This document shows, one piece after another, positions 50,596 through 59,833 of a stretch of 64,000 nt of DNA. The stretch covers positions 14,499 through 78,498 of the forward strand of contig JBDRMS010000001.1 of assembly GCA_043811915.1 (NCBI GenBank), given 5' to 3'. The notes beneath the pieces are model-generated. The model ran no database searches and was not told the origin of the DNA. It worked only from the letters and a program-made list of their open reading frames with translations. Made by a program: the position numbers and the translations under genes. Position 1 is the stretch's first letter; every line of letters begins with the position of its first letter. Origin of the DNA: a bacterium (GTDB lineage Bacteria > Patescibacteriota > Andersenbacteria > UBA10190).

Positions 50596-50813
50596 AAGCC
50601 CTCTAATGAAAGAGAAAGGCCTTGTGTGACACAGTAGGTCTTCTGACTAAGGAGTTTGGTCTGTTTTATACTCCCCCCACTGGTCTACTTATAGCATCGC
50701 AACCTGGTAGATATTGCGCAATACTTCTTGCCAAGCATTTTGTTAAAAAAATGTGACAGTTTTTGCTAGTAGTTGCAAAAGCAGTAAATTTGTGTATATA
50801 CTGTGGGACGTAA

Positions 50814-50885
50814 CGCCGGGTGGAGAAGTAGTATCTCGCGTGGCTCATAACCACGAAATCGCTGGTGCAATTCCAGCCCCGGCTA
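50814..50885 (+). tRNA. Initiator-like tRNA-Met (CAT)
   Basis: Unpaired C1/U72, A11:U24; CGTGG-CTCATAA-CCACG. Confidence 0.85.
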
Positions 50886-50890
50886 CGTGT

Positions 50891-51900
50891 ATGGATGGCA
50901 CGGCTCGCTTTTTTTGTGTTGTTTTTTTGGTGGCACTATTTATGCAGGGTATACTGTGGTGGTCTGTCGACTTTGTTGATGAATCATTCTGGCTGAAAAA
51001 GATAGATTTCCTGAAAGAAGATATATTCAGCGCATCGTTGGCTTTCAATGCGAAGCGGCACGCCGCACACCCCGGTACGCTGATTCTGTTGCCAGCGGCT
51101 ATGATGTCGAGAGTTGGGTTGACAACGGCCGATAGCCTGAGACTAGCGGTGACGTTGATAAACGCAGTGGCTATAACAGCTATGGTGACAATGGCCCGGC
51201 AGTTGCGTCCAGGAAGTCCCTGGTGGTTTGGGGCGGCCGGCACTGTAAGGAAAAACATCAAGCCGCGTTTTTGTTGGCAATTTTACTTGGAGTTATGGCA
51301 GCAACCCGTTTACACATAGCGCTGTTGCTGGCTACACCAGTACTGGGAATATTAGCTTACAAGGACGGTCTTAGACAATCGGTGTTAGTTGGCTTGGGCG
51401 CTCTGACAACAGCATCGGCCCTGATTCCATTTATGTTGCTGTCTCCGGTGGTATTCGTGCAAACAGCAGTGGTAAACCAGTTTGTGTACTTTACAGACCA
51501 AACAATTTATCTGGCTGAAACATCCCGGTTATCTTTTGGGGAGTTGGTGACATCATCGCCGTTGGCGGCCTTCTCTTTACTTTTAGCTGTGACTGGCCTG
51601 ATGTGGAAAAATTGCTCTCCCCTGCCTCGTTTCTTTGTAATCACTTTACTGGCTGGAACGATTGTCGTACTGGGTGTTTTTGGGATGTCCAACATGCAAT
51701 CTTATCGTTATGTGTTTCCGGTGATTATGGTGTGGGAAATTTTGCTGCCTTTTTTTGTTTTGCATTTAATGAGCTTCGTTCGCTGGCCTGCCTTTGTTTC
51801 TTTAAATATGGCGAAGGCGGCTGTGATATTACTACTGTCCGGGACGTATATGGCGTTGTTAGTGTATTCGTTATTACTACCCGAACCGGTTTATATTTAA
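50891..51900 (+). pseudogene. Split polytopic membrane protein (GT-C-like), frame break near 51245
   Basis: Two consecutive hydrophobic ORFs in different frames (HAAHPGTL... then ...ATRL...SYRYVFP). Confidence 0.6.
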
Positions 51901-51903
51901 CTT

Positions 51904-53499
51904 ATGAACACTCTACCGCGACCTCGTCCTCTACTGGTTGTCATCCTGGATGGTTGGGGTTTAAACAGTGAGGAGCAAGGAAATGCGATTGCTGCTGCTA
52001 AAACACCGACGATGGATAATTTGGCGCGTTATTTTCCGACCACGGCGGTGGCGGCAGCGGGACTGGAAGTGGGTTTGCCTCCGGGGCAGTGTGGCAACTC
52101 AGAGACGGGTCACCGTAACATCGGGGCGGGGAGGGTGGAATACCAGATTCTGACGGCTATAGACAGGGCCATTGCTGACAGTTCTTTTGAGACTAATCCA
52201 GTTTTAATTGGTGCAATCGAGCACACGCGGCATTATAAGAGCAGTTTACATTTGATGGGTTTGGTTTCCCGTGGCGGAGTGCACTCTCATTTCGATCATT
52301 TACTAGCCTTATTGCGAATGGCAGCGGGGCGAAATTTACGCGAGCGAGTTTATGTTCATATGTTTACGGACGGACGGGATGCCCCGCAACAAAGCGCCTT
52401 AGGCTATGCTGAAAGCCTTGAAGAAGCAATGGGTAAATATGGTTTGGGGACGATAGCTTCAGTAACTGGCCGCTTCTACGCTATGGATCGCAACCGGAAC
52501 TGGGAGCGAACGCAGACTACTTATGACATGTTAACAGGTGGCAAACGACCACCTGGATCATCTTCGGCTAAGCAAGCGATAGAGCGGGCTTATAACAACA
52601 GGACGTACGACGAAATGATTCCTCCTACGGTAATCACTCGCGGAGGGGCTCCACTGGCCAGTGTGACTTCTGATGACGCGGTTATTTTCTTTAATTTCAG
52701 GCCGGATCGGGCACGACAATTAACACGGGCTTTTGTGTCTCCACATCAAATGTCATGGCCGACAGTGAAGTTGGAAAATGTGTATTTTAGCACGCTGGCC
52801 AAGTACGACATTAGGCTTAAAGCCAAGGCAGCTTTCGTGGAGGAGGTGGCGGAGTACCCGCTAGCGCGAGTTATTGCGGAGGGGAACTTGAAACAATTAC
52901 ATATTGCCGAGACAGAAAAATATGCTCACATAACATATTATTTAAACGTAGGGCACGAGAAGCCGTTTCCGGGTGAAGAGAGAGTATTGATGCGCTCGTC
53001 GGGAGTGCGCAACTTTGCCGAAAATCCACAGATGGAAGCGAAAAGAATTACGGAACGTGTATTAGTGGAAATGAAGAGTGGCAAGTACGACGTATATTTT
53101 ATTAATTATGCTAACGCCGATATGGCGGGGCACACGGGAGATTTTGAAGCAACTAGACAGGCATGTCAATTTGTGGATGAAAGTGTGGGGCAGTTGCAGA
53201 CGGCGGTACTATCTGCCGGTGGGGCAATGGTGGTAACGGCGGATCACGGCAGCGCGGAAGAGTTGCTAGTGTCGGTTACTCACGAAAAGCGCCCGGAGCA
53301 TACAAGCAACCCGGTACCGTTTCATTATGTACGGGGGGAACTTAAGCGAACAACCGCGAAAAGCGATAGCGAGATGGAGACTTTTTTGAAACAGCCAGTG
53401 GGGGTGCTGGCCGATGTGGCGCCAACAATACTGGATATACTGCGTTTAGACAAGCCGGCGAGCATGACAGGAGTATCATTGCTAGGTTCCCTGCAATAA
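51904..53499 (+). CDS. gpmI: 2,3-BPG-independent phosphoglycerate mutase
   Basis: ILDGWG, GNSETGH, GRFYAMDR, AETEKYAH, TADHG. Confidence 0.97.
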   Translation: MNTLPRPRPLLVVILDGWGLNSEEQGNAIAAAKTPTMDNLARYFPTTAVAAAGLEVGLPPGQCGNSETGHRNIGAGRVEYQILTAIDRAIADSSFETNPVLIGAIEHTRHYKSSLHLMGLVSRGGVHSHFDHLLALLRMAAGRNLRERVYVHMFTDGRDAPQQSALGYAESLEEAMGKYGLGTIASVTGRFYAMDRNRNWERTQTTYDMLTGGKRPPGSSSAKQAIERAYNNRTYDEMIPPTVITRGGAPLASVTSDDAVIFFNFRPDRARQLTRAFVSPHQMSWPTVKLENVYFSTLAKYDIRLKAKAAFVEEVAEYPLARVIAEGNLKQLHIAETEKYAHITYYLNVGHEKPFPGEERVLMRSSGVRNFAENPQMEAKRITERVLVEMKSGKYDVYFINYANADMAGHTGDFEATRQACQFVDESVGQLQTAVLSAGGAMVVTADHGSAEELLVSVTHEKRPEHTSNPVPFHYVRGELKRTTAKSDSEMETFLKQPVGVLADVAPTILDILRLDKPASMTGVSLLGSLQ

Positions 53500-54813
53500 C
53501 GGTGTTTTTTTGTACCACTGCTGGCTCTGCTCGTAGGCATGCGCCACTCGAAAGAGGCGCTCTTCCTGGAATGATGGTGCGGTGAGTTGAAGACCGACAG
53601 GGAGTTTATTACTAAAACCACATGGTATTGATATGGCGGGGATGCCAGCTACGTTTTGCGGGCATGTTAATGCGTCAGATAAATACATGGACAGAGGGTC
53701 TGACTTTGATCCGATAGGAAAAGCTATTTCAGGAGTAGTGGGACTGGCGATAACATCAACATTTTTAAAGGCGGCATCGAATTCACGCCGGATAAGAGTG
53801 CGTAATTTACTGGCTTGCTGGTACCAGGCGTGATAGTAGCCGGCGGACAGAGCGTAGGTGCCCATGAGGATGGCGCGCTTAACTTCCGGTCCAAAACCAC
53901 GACCTCGGGCTTCCATGTAGCGTTCTAAAAGAGTAGCCGTTTCCAGGTCCATGCGACCATAGCGCAAGGCGTCGTAGCGAGCCAGGTTGGTGGAGGCTTC
54001 TGATTTGGCGATTAAGAAGTAAGTGGGAATAGCAACGTTGGTTAAGGGCAAAGATATTTCAATTAAGCTGGCGCCTAGTTTTTTAAGCTGCTGTGTCGCG
54101 TCCAGAACAGTGCGCCCCACTTCTTTATCTATCCCCTCGCCGAAATACTCTTTAGGTAAGCCAATGCGCAGGCCTTTTATTTCTTTGCCACACACTTTTG
54201 TATAGTCTGGCACTGGCCTGGGGTCACTAGTAGCGTCGCGAGGGTCGTGACCGGCAATTATTTTAAGCAGCCGGGCCACCTCTTTAACGGTGCGGGCTAT
54301 CGGGCCTACCTGGTCCAGGCTACTGCCGTATGCGATTACTCCAAAACGGCTAACACGGCCATAAGTTGGTTTGAGACCGACCACACCGCAAAAGCTGGCA
54401 GGTTGGCGGATGGAGCCGCCGGTTTCGGTGCCAAGCGCTGCCGGTACGGCACCGCAGGCGACGACGGCCGTAGAACCACCACTACTACCACCGGCTACGC
54501 GACTTAGGTCCCAGGGATTTTTAGTGACGCCGCAAGCGGAATATTCAGTGCTGGAGCCCATGGCGAACTCGTCCAGGTTGGTTTTGCCGATAATAATGGC
54601 GCCGGCTTTTTTGAGTTTGGTGATAACAGTGGCTTCAAAAGGAGAACGGAATTTTTGTAGCAGGCGGGAAGCGGCGGTAGTGTGACCTTCTATTGTACAA
54701 ATAACGTCTTTAACGGCTACGGGCCAACCTGCGCGGGAAGCCTGGTCATAAAAAATTTCAAGAAAGGCGTTGAGGTGCGGCTGCCACTGGTCGATTTTTT
54801 TAAAAGACGGCAT
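53482..54813 (-). CDS. gatA: Asp/Glu-tRNA amidotransferase subunit A
   Basis: GKTNLDEFAMGSS, GGSSGGS, GGSIRQPA. Confidence 0.96.
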   Translation of the reverse strand: MPSFKKIDQWQPHLNAFLEIFYDQASRAGWPVAVKDVICTIEGHTTAASRLLQKFRSPFEATVITKLKKAGAIIIGKTNLDEFAMGSSTEYSACGVTKNPWDLSRVAGGSSGGSTAVVACGAVPAALGTETGGSIRQPASFCGVVGLKPTYGRVSRFGVIAYGSSLDQVGPIARTVKEVARLLKIIAGHDPRDATSDPRPVPDYTKVCGKEIKGLRIGLPKEYFGEGIDKEVGRTVLDATQQLKKLGASLIEISLPLTNVAIPTYFLIAKSEASTNLARYDALRYGRMDLETATLLERYMEARGRGFGPEVKRAILMGTYALSAGYYHAWYQQASKLRTLIRREFDAAFKNVDVIASPTTPEIAFPIGSKSDPLSMYLSDALTCPQNVAGIPAISIPCGFSNKLPVGLQLTAPSFQEERLFRVAHAYEQSQQWYKKTPLLQGT

Positions 54814-55093
54814 GAACTTGAATATGTTTCTTCCTGGTGGCGGGAGCGGCCTTAATTAGGACTGCGCAGCTGCACAGATCTTCGTTCACGGCTTCGTCGG
54901 CGCGCGTAATATTAGTCAGGCCGGTGGCGTTGTCGTAAGTGGGCACATCTTCGGTATCGATATTCTGAATAGTGGCGAAATGATTCAGGATATTAGTCAG
55001 GTCCCGGGTGGCATTCACTATTTCGTCATTAGTCAGCTGCAAGCGGCTTAAAGCTGCCATACGCTCGACGATTTTTTTATTTACATTACTCAC
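54800..55093 (-). CDS. gatC: Asp/Glu-tRNA amidotransferase subunit C
   Basis: MAALSRL, IDTEDVP, R.DE; upstream of gatA. Confidence 0.9.
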   Translation of the reverse strand: MSNVNKKIVERMAALSRLQLTNDEIVNATRDLTNILNHFATIQNIDTEDVPTYDNATGLTNITRADEAVNEDLCSCAVLIKAAPATRKKHIQVHAVF

Positions 55094-57072
55094 TAGCTTA
55101 GCATCTTTTTAAATTGCTCTGGTGTCAATGTTTTTAGAGCCAGGGCCAGAGCTTTTTTCTCTTTGCCGCCGGCTTCCTCGCCAATGACAACATAGTCAAC
55201 TTTTTTTCCAACACTGGAGGCGACTTTGCCACCCAGAGATTTCACGCGTTGCCCCGCTTCTTCCCTGGTGAGATCGGGCAAGGAGCCGGTGAAAACAAAT
55301 GTTTTGCCTTGCAGGGGTCCGGAGGATGCAGGAGAGATAATATCAATGCCGACAGACTGATATTTCCTGATAAGTTCTCTGGCGTGTTGATCCTGAAAGA
55401 AGTTGATTATGCCTCGGGCAACTTTACCGCCGATCCCGGCAACTGATTGTAGGTCCTCGGGGCTTGCTTGGGATAAGTTTTGTAGCGTTTTGAATTCTCG
55501 AGCTAAATCCTGTGCAGTGACAATGCCGACTTGAGGAATACTCAAGGCAACGAGAAAACGGGACAAGGTGATTTTTTTATGAGCTTGAATTTCCTCCACC
55601 AGTTTATTGGCTGATACCTCTGCAAAGCGTTCAAGGGGAGTAAGATCTCCCGCTTGTAAGTGCCAAATATCGGGAGCGTCTTCGATAAGGTTAGCTATGA
55701 GGAGTTGTTCAACTATTTTGTCGCCCAGCCCGTCAACATCGAAGCCGCTTTGCCTAATGGCTTGGAGAATGCGCTCCCGTTGGCGAGGGAAACATTGTTT
55801 GTTGGTGCAGCGAACTACTATACCAGCTTCATCCTGGTGGACTGGCGAGTGGCAAGCGGGGCACTGCCTTGGCATCGAGAAAGATTTGGTACCCGGCGGG
55901 CGCAGTTTGGGCAAAACTTTGACGACTTCGGGAATAATGTCGCCGGCCTTGCGCACGATAACAGTGTCCCCTACCCTGACATCTTTGCGTTTTATTTCGT
56001 CGGCGTTGTGTAAGGTGGCGCGCGACACAGTGCTGCCGGCAACCGAGACGGGTTTGAGATGAGCCACTGGCGTTAAAGATCCCGTGCGTCCTACCTGCAC
56101 GACTATTTTTTCTACTATGGTAGTAGCTTCTTCAGCGGCAAACTTGAAGGCAATGGAGGCACGGGGTGCCTTACCAACAACACCCAAGCGCCTGACACTG
56201 ATTAGCTGGTTAATTTTTATTACGGCGCCGTCGGCCAGGAAGGCGTAGCTGGCTCTTCTGGTTTCTTCTTTTTGCAGGTATTGCCAAACCTGGTCCAGGC
56301 TGGCAAAAAACCTGGCGCCTGGAGGTACGGGAAACCCCAGTTCCTGCAATCTGGCATGCTCCTGCTGTCTGGTTTTTACAGGTAAGCCGTCCGTTATTTC
56401 CCAGGCGAAAAAGCGCAAGGGGCGGCTGGCTGCTATGCGAGGATTAAGCTGGCGAATAGAACCGGCGGCAATGTTGCGAGGGTTGGCAAACAGAGCCTGT
56501 TCCTCTTTTTTGCGGACGGCATTCATTTTATCGAAGTCTTTTTTGAGAATGTAGACCTCTCCGCGAACCTCTACGCGGCCGGATATTTTTTTGGCCAGAT
56601 TAAGGGGGATGGCTTCGATAGTGCGAATGTTGTGAGTAACATCCTCCCCTACCGTGCCATTACCACGAGTGACACCTCGTTTGAGCTGGCCATTCTCGTA
56701 AATTAACGACAGAGCGACACCATCTATTTTTAGTTCAACAAAATAGGCAAAGTCTTCGGGAAGAATTTTTTTATTACGCTCTTCCCACTGCATTAAATCA
56801 TCTTTACTGAAAGCGTCCTGGAGAGAAAGCATGCGCGTGGCATGGCGCACTTGTTTAAACTTGGGCAAGGGCTGACCGCCGACTCTTTGCGTAGGTGAGT
56901 TTGATGTTATTAGATCAGGAAATTGTTGTTCCAGATTAGTCAATTCTTTTTTGAGGCTGTCAAGAGCGGAGTCAGAAATCTCCTGCTTGTCTTTGACGTG
57001 ATATAGGTAGCGGTGATGTTCTATTTCATCACGAAGCTTATTTATGCGTACTTTCGCCTGCTTTTTAGTCAT
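55093..57072 (-). CDS. ligA: NAD-dependent DNA ligase
   Basis: ELKIDG, TRGNG, VGRTG, BRCT domain. Confidence 0.98.
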   Translation of the reverse strand: MTKKQAKVRINKLRDEIEHHRYLYHVKDKQEISDSALDSLKKELTNLEQQFPDLITSNSPTQRVGGQPLPKFKQVRHATRMLSLQDAFSKDDLMQWEERNKKILPEDFAYFVELKIDGVALSLIYENGQLKRGVTRGNGTVGEDVTHNIRTIEAIPLNLAKKISGRVEVRGEVYILKKDFDKMNAVRKKEEQALFANPRNIAAGSIRQLNPRIAASRPLRFFAWEITDGLPVKTRQQEHARLQELGFPVPPGARFFASLDQVWQYLQKEETRRASYAFLADGAVIKINQLISVRRLGVVGKAPRASIAFKFAAEEATTIVEKIVVQVGRTGSLTPVAHLKPVSVAGSTVSRATLHNADEIKRKDVRVGDTVIVRKAGDIIPEVVKVLPKLRPPGTKSFSMPRQCPACHSPVHQDEAGIVVRCTNKQCFPRQRERILQAIRQSGFDVDGLGDKIVEQLLIANLIEDAPDIWHLQAGDLTPLERFAEVSANKLVEEIQAHKKITLSRFLVALSIPQVGIVTAQDLAREFKTLQNLSQASPEDLQSVAGIGGKVARGIINFFQDQHARELIRKYQSVGIDIISPASSGPLQGKTFVFTGSLPDLTREEAGQRVKSLGGKVASSVGKKVDYVVIGEEAGGKEKKALALALKTLTPEQFKKMLS

Positions 57073-57100
57073 ACAAATAGCTTAGCTCAAAAGCCGCGCT

Positions 57101-57843
57101 TTCTAAACCTTAGCTTTAGAAATGCCTCTATAGCTTCTCTAGTCCTCATAATCTACGAGTAAGTGTTTAATATCTGTCAGTGAGCGCGCATAATCCGCCT
57201 CGTCAGTAATAAATTTTTTATATTCTTCAGGCTTCATTATATTGTGAAGTAGTGATGTATGACACGTAGTTGCTGGCTGTTTATCTAAGTATTCTGGCAA
57301 GGAATACCAGTTATACTTGAGAGGGTTATTTGTGATATGAGCTACGTAAGGATTGAGATGAATATAGCGACTGACGTGAAGCAGTTGATTGTCCCCATCA
57401 ACTAATATTGCCCTAAATGGGTTGACGAATAATGAGCCGGAACGTTCCTCGCTCATATTAAAATACTTGGCATAGCTGGTTAGTAACTTATGCATGTACT
57501 GCGATGTGCCGTTAGTAATATTTTCTCTTATCAACAGATGGATATGATTCGGCATTAAACAATAGCAAAATAAATCAACTAATCCTGTCCCTTCTTTTGT
57601 TCTCTCTGACTCCTGCTTGTATTTTTGCGCCATCGAGAAGCTTCTTACAATATCCTGTGGTAAATAATGAACCAGTAACTTCATAAATCGTTGCCGGTCT
57701 CTGTCATCTCGAAAAATATCTCTCTGCTCTACGCCACGAGTGCATATGTGGTATACCTCCCCAGGGGCTAGATTATAATAACGATAGCTCATATATTGCC
57801 ATTATACGGCTTGTAGCACTATTTCTAAAGCTAAGGTTTAGAA
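57101..57843. mobile_element. RAYT/Y1 transposase locus bounded by 23-bp inverted palindromes
   Basis: TTCTAAACCTTAGCTTTAGAAAT at 57101-57123 and its exact reverse complement at 57821-57843. Confidence 0.8.
57139..57792 (-). CDS. REP-associated tyrosine transposase (Y1 HUH family)
   Basis: YHICTRG, YCLMPNHIHLL (HUH), YIHLNP. Confidence 0.92.
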   Translation of the reverse strand: MSYRYYNLAPGEVYHICTRGVEQRDIFRDDRDRQRFMKLLVHYLPQDIVRSFSMAQKYKQESERTKEGTGLVDLFCYCLMPNHIHLLIRENITNGTSQYMHKLLTSYAKYFNMSEERSGSLFVNPFRAILVDGDNQLLHVSRYIHLNPYVAHITNNPLKYNWYSLPEYLDKQPATTCHTSLLHNIMKPEEYKKFITDEADYARSLTDIKHLLVDYED

Positions 57844-57860
57844 TTTTAGGATTTTAGAAA

Positions 57861-58763
57861 TTAAATGATGATGTTTAATATCGCTTGAGGTAATTCGGGG
57901 ATGAGAATGAAAAGAATAGCCACCCCGGCCAGGAAGGGGCCGAAGGGAACGGGAGTTTTCATGTTGGCGCGGCCAGTGAGGAGGAGAAAGGCACCGACTG
58001 CCCCGCCGGAAATAAAAGCAGGGAAGAGCAGCGTGATAGTACCGATTGGTCCAAACAACGCGCCTAGAGGAAGCATGAGTTTGACGTCGCCCAGGCCGAT
58101 GCCGCGGCCGCGGGTGATAAGCCAGAGAAACGCCAGGACCCCGGAGCCGATGGTCATACCCAGCAGGGCAGTAATTAGGCTATAAGCTGTGGGCTGTAGG
58201 CTGTAGTTTATAAAGAGAGATAACACTACAACCACGGCCAGGATGATGATAAAAATATCTGGCAGGAGCATAGTGCGCAGATCAATGACGAAAAGGATAA
58301 TCAGTAAGGCAATGCTGATAAGGCTTAAAACTGCGATAGCGAAAGCGGCTGATGTTGCAGGCAGAGGAGTGAACAAAATTAAAGTGAAGACACCTATGGC
58401 CAGTTCTAAGAGCGGGTATTGCAAGGATATTTGGTTATGGCAAGTGCGGCAGCGGCCACGCAGGAAGATGAAAGACAAAATAGGAATAAGCTCCGGCCAG
58501 GCTAATTTTTTGTGACAGAAGGGACAATGTGAGCGGCCGCGCAAAATGCCGGCCTCCTCCCAGCCTTCGCCAGAGGCTTCGGCGGGCAAGGCAACCCTTG
58601 GTGTTTTTCCGTTAACACCAAGGGTTTTCCCGGCGCCTGTTTTCCCGGCCGACGACGACGCTTGACTGGCTTGCTTTACACTTTTGTTGCGCAATATGAC
58701 GACATTCAAAAAGCTGCCCAGGGCAGCACCAAAAATAAAAGCAAAAATTGCGCTTAGGGGCAT
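57861..58763 (-). CDS. pilD: Prepilin peptidase
   Basis: GSFLNVVI.R, RSHCPFC, GRCRTC, ID, GLGDVKL, PFGPFL. Confidence 0.93.
   Translation of the reverse strand: MPLSAIFAFIFGAALGSFLNVVILRNKSVKQASQASSSAGKTGAGKTLGVNGKTPRVALPAEASGEGWEEAGILRGRSHCPFCHKKLAWPELIPILSFIFLRGRCRTCHNQISLQYPLLELAIGVFTLILFTPLPATSAAFAIAVLSLISIALLIILFVIDLRTMLLPDIFIIILAVVVVLSLFINYSLQPTAYSLITALLGMTIGSGVLAFLWLITRGRGIGLGDVKLMLPLGALFGPIGTITLLFPAFISGGAVGAFLLLTGRANMKTPVPFGPFLAGVAILFILIPELPQAILNIII
58559..58626. repeat. Composite palindromic insert within pilD (in frame)
   Basis: CCCAGCCTTCGCCAGAGGCTTCGGCGGGCAA plus AACCCTTGGTGTT/AACACCAAGGGTT hairpin. Confidence 0.75.
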
Positions 58764-59185
58764 ATGAAAGGAGCTTCTTCCGGACAAGGACCGGAAGAAA
58801 TTTTGAACTCAACGCTAGCGTCGGCGCAGTAATATTTGTTGGGATTGCTTTTAAAGGGCGCGCTGACGCAGTACTGCTGTACTTCGCTGTCACGAATAAT
58901 TATATTTTCACCGGCTATACCGACTTCCTGAATGTCACTGGTTAATATATTCAGGCTGGTCTGGATGCTGGCGTCACTGGACCAGTTAAGAAAGCTGCCG
59001 TTTTGACCGTTGTACACTATTTCGGCCAGCCAGCGCATTTGCCGAACGTCGTTGCGGACGCGGGCGTCGTCGGCTTTGTCCCGACCGTTTTTAGCGGCGG
59101 CAAAAACGAGCGAGGTGAGGATGCCGATGATAGCTATAACAACTAGAAGTTCTATTAGGGTAAACCCGTTAGAAACGATCTTCAT
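58754..59185 (-). CDS. Type IV pilin-like protein
   Basis: [15 protein letters not shown]. Confidence 0.9.
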   Translation of the reverse strand: MKIVSNGFTLIELLVVIAIIGILTSLVFAAAKNGRDKADDARVRNDVRQMRWLAEIVYNGQNGSFLNWSSDASIQTSLNILTSDIQEVGIAGENIIIRDSEVQQYCVSAPFKSNPNKYYCADASVEFKISSGPCPEEAPFICP

Positions 59186-59234
59186 ATCTAATGCTGATTA
59201 TCATATCACACAAGATATATATTGTTATTAAAAC

Positions 59235-59267
59235 AAAACGCTCCCTGCTAAAACAGGTGAGCGTTTT
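59235..59267 (-). terminator. Intrinsic terminator after the pilin gene
   Basis: AAAACGCTC-CCTG...CAGG-TGAGCGTTTT. Confidence 0.7.
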
Positions 59268-59284
59268 ACATCCCGGATTAAACC

Positions 59285-59746
59285 TTATGGCCCACAAACT
59301 CCAGCTGCACATGTGCCAGCCGAACTTTCTTTAGTAACGCCTGTACTGTCAACACAGATTTCATTTCCGTTTAACATTGTGGCCATGACACAGAATGCTG
59401 AAGTAGTGCTGGTGGCGGTAATGGCGGCACTTGCATTAGCGTCAATTATGTCGGTTCGCAACGTGGAGACTGAAGAAGAAGTGGCTGCGTCACCACAGTC
59501 AAGTGTTGTTGGAGCTGAGAAGCAATCCTGAACGCTAGGGTCAGTGCCTGTTGCTCCATAACTGGAACCACCGGTGTCGTAGATAATCTCGGCCAAGGTG
59601 CGTAGTTGCCCTATGTCGGCTTTGACACGCGCGTCATTGGCTTTGTCACGGGCATTGCCCAAAGCAACAAGGACCAGGGCGGCGAGGATGCCGATAATGG
59701 CGATAACAACCAGCAACTCAATTAGGGTAAAACCTTTACTCTTCAT
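59285..59746 (-). CDS. Type IV pilin (probable major pilin)
   Basis: [12 protein letters not shown]; strong SD GGAGGTGAGG; own terminator. Confidence 0.92.
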   Translation of the reverse strand: MKSKGFTLIELLVVIAIIGILAALVLVALGNARDKANDARVKADIGQLRTLAEIIYDTGGSSYGATGTDPSVQDCFSAPTTLDCGDAATSSSVSTLRTDIIDANASAAITATSTTSAFCVMATMLNGNEICVDSTGVTKESSAGTCAAGVCGP

Positions 59747-59833
59747 ATATCCTCACCTCCTCTCACAATGTAAATATGTCTATTTTTCCACATACGACCT
59801 GTAAATTAGTGTAACACAGATAAAAGAAGAGTG

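Noticed and set aside
50596-50760. Small gene or RNA between the two Met tRNAs
   Set aside because: Only one imperfect hairpin and no convincing ORF
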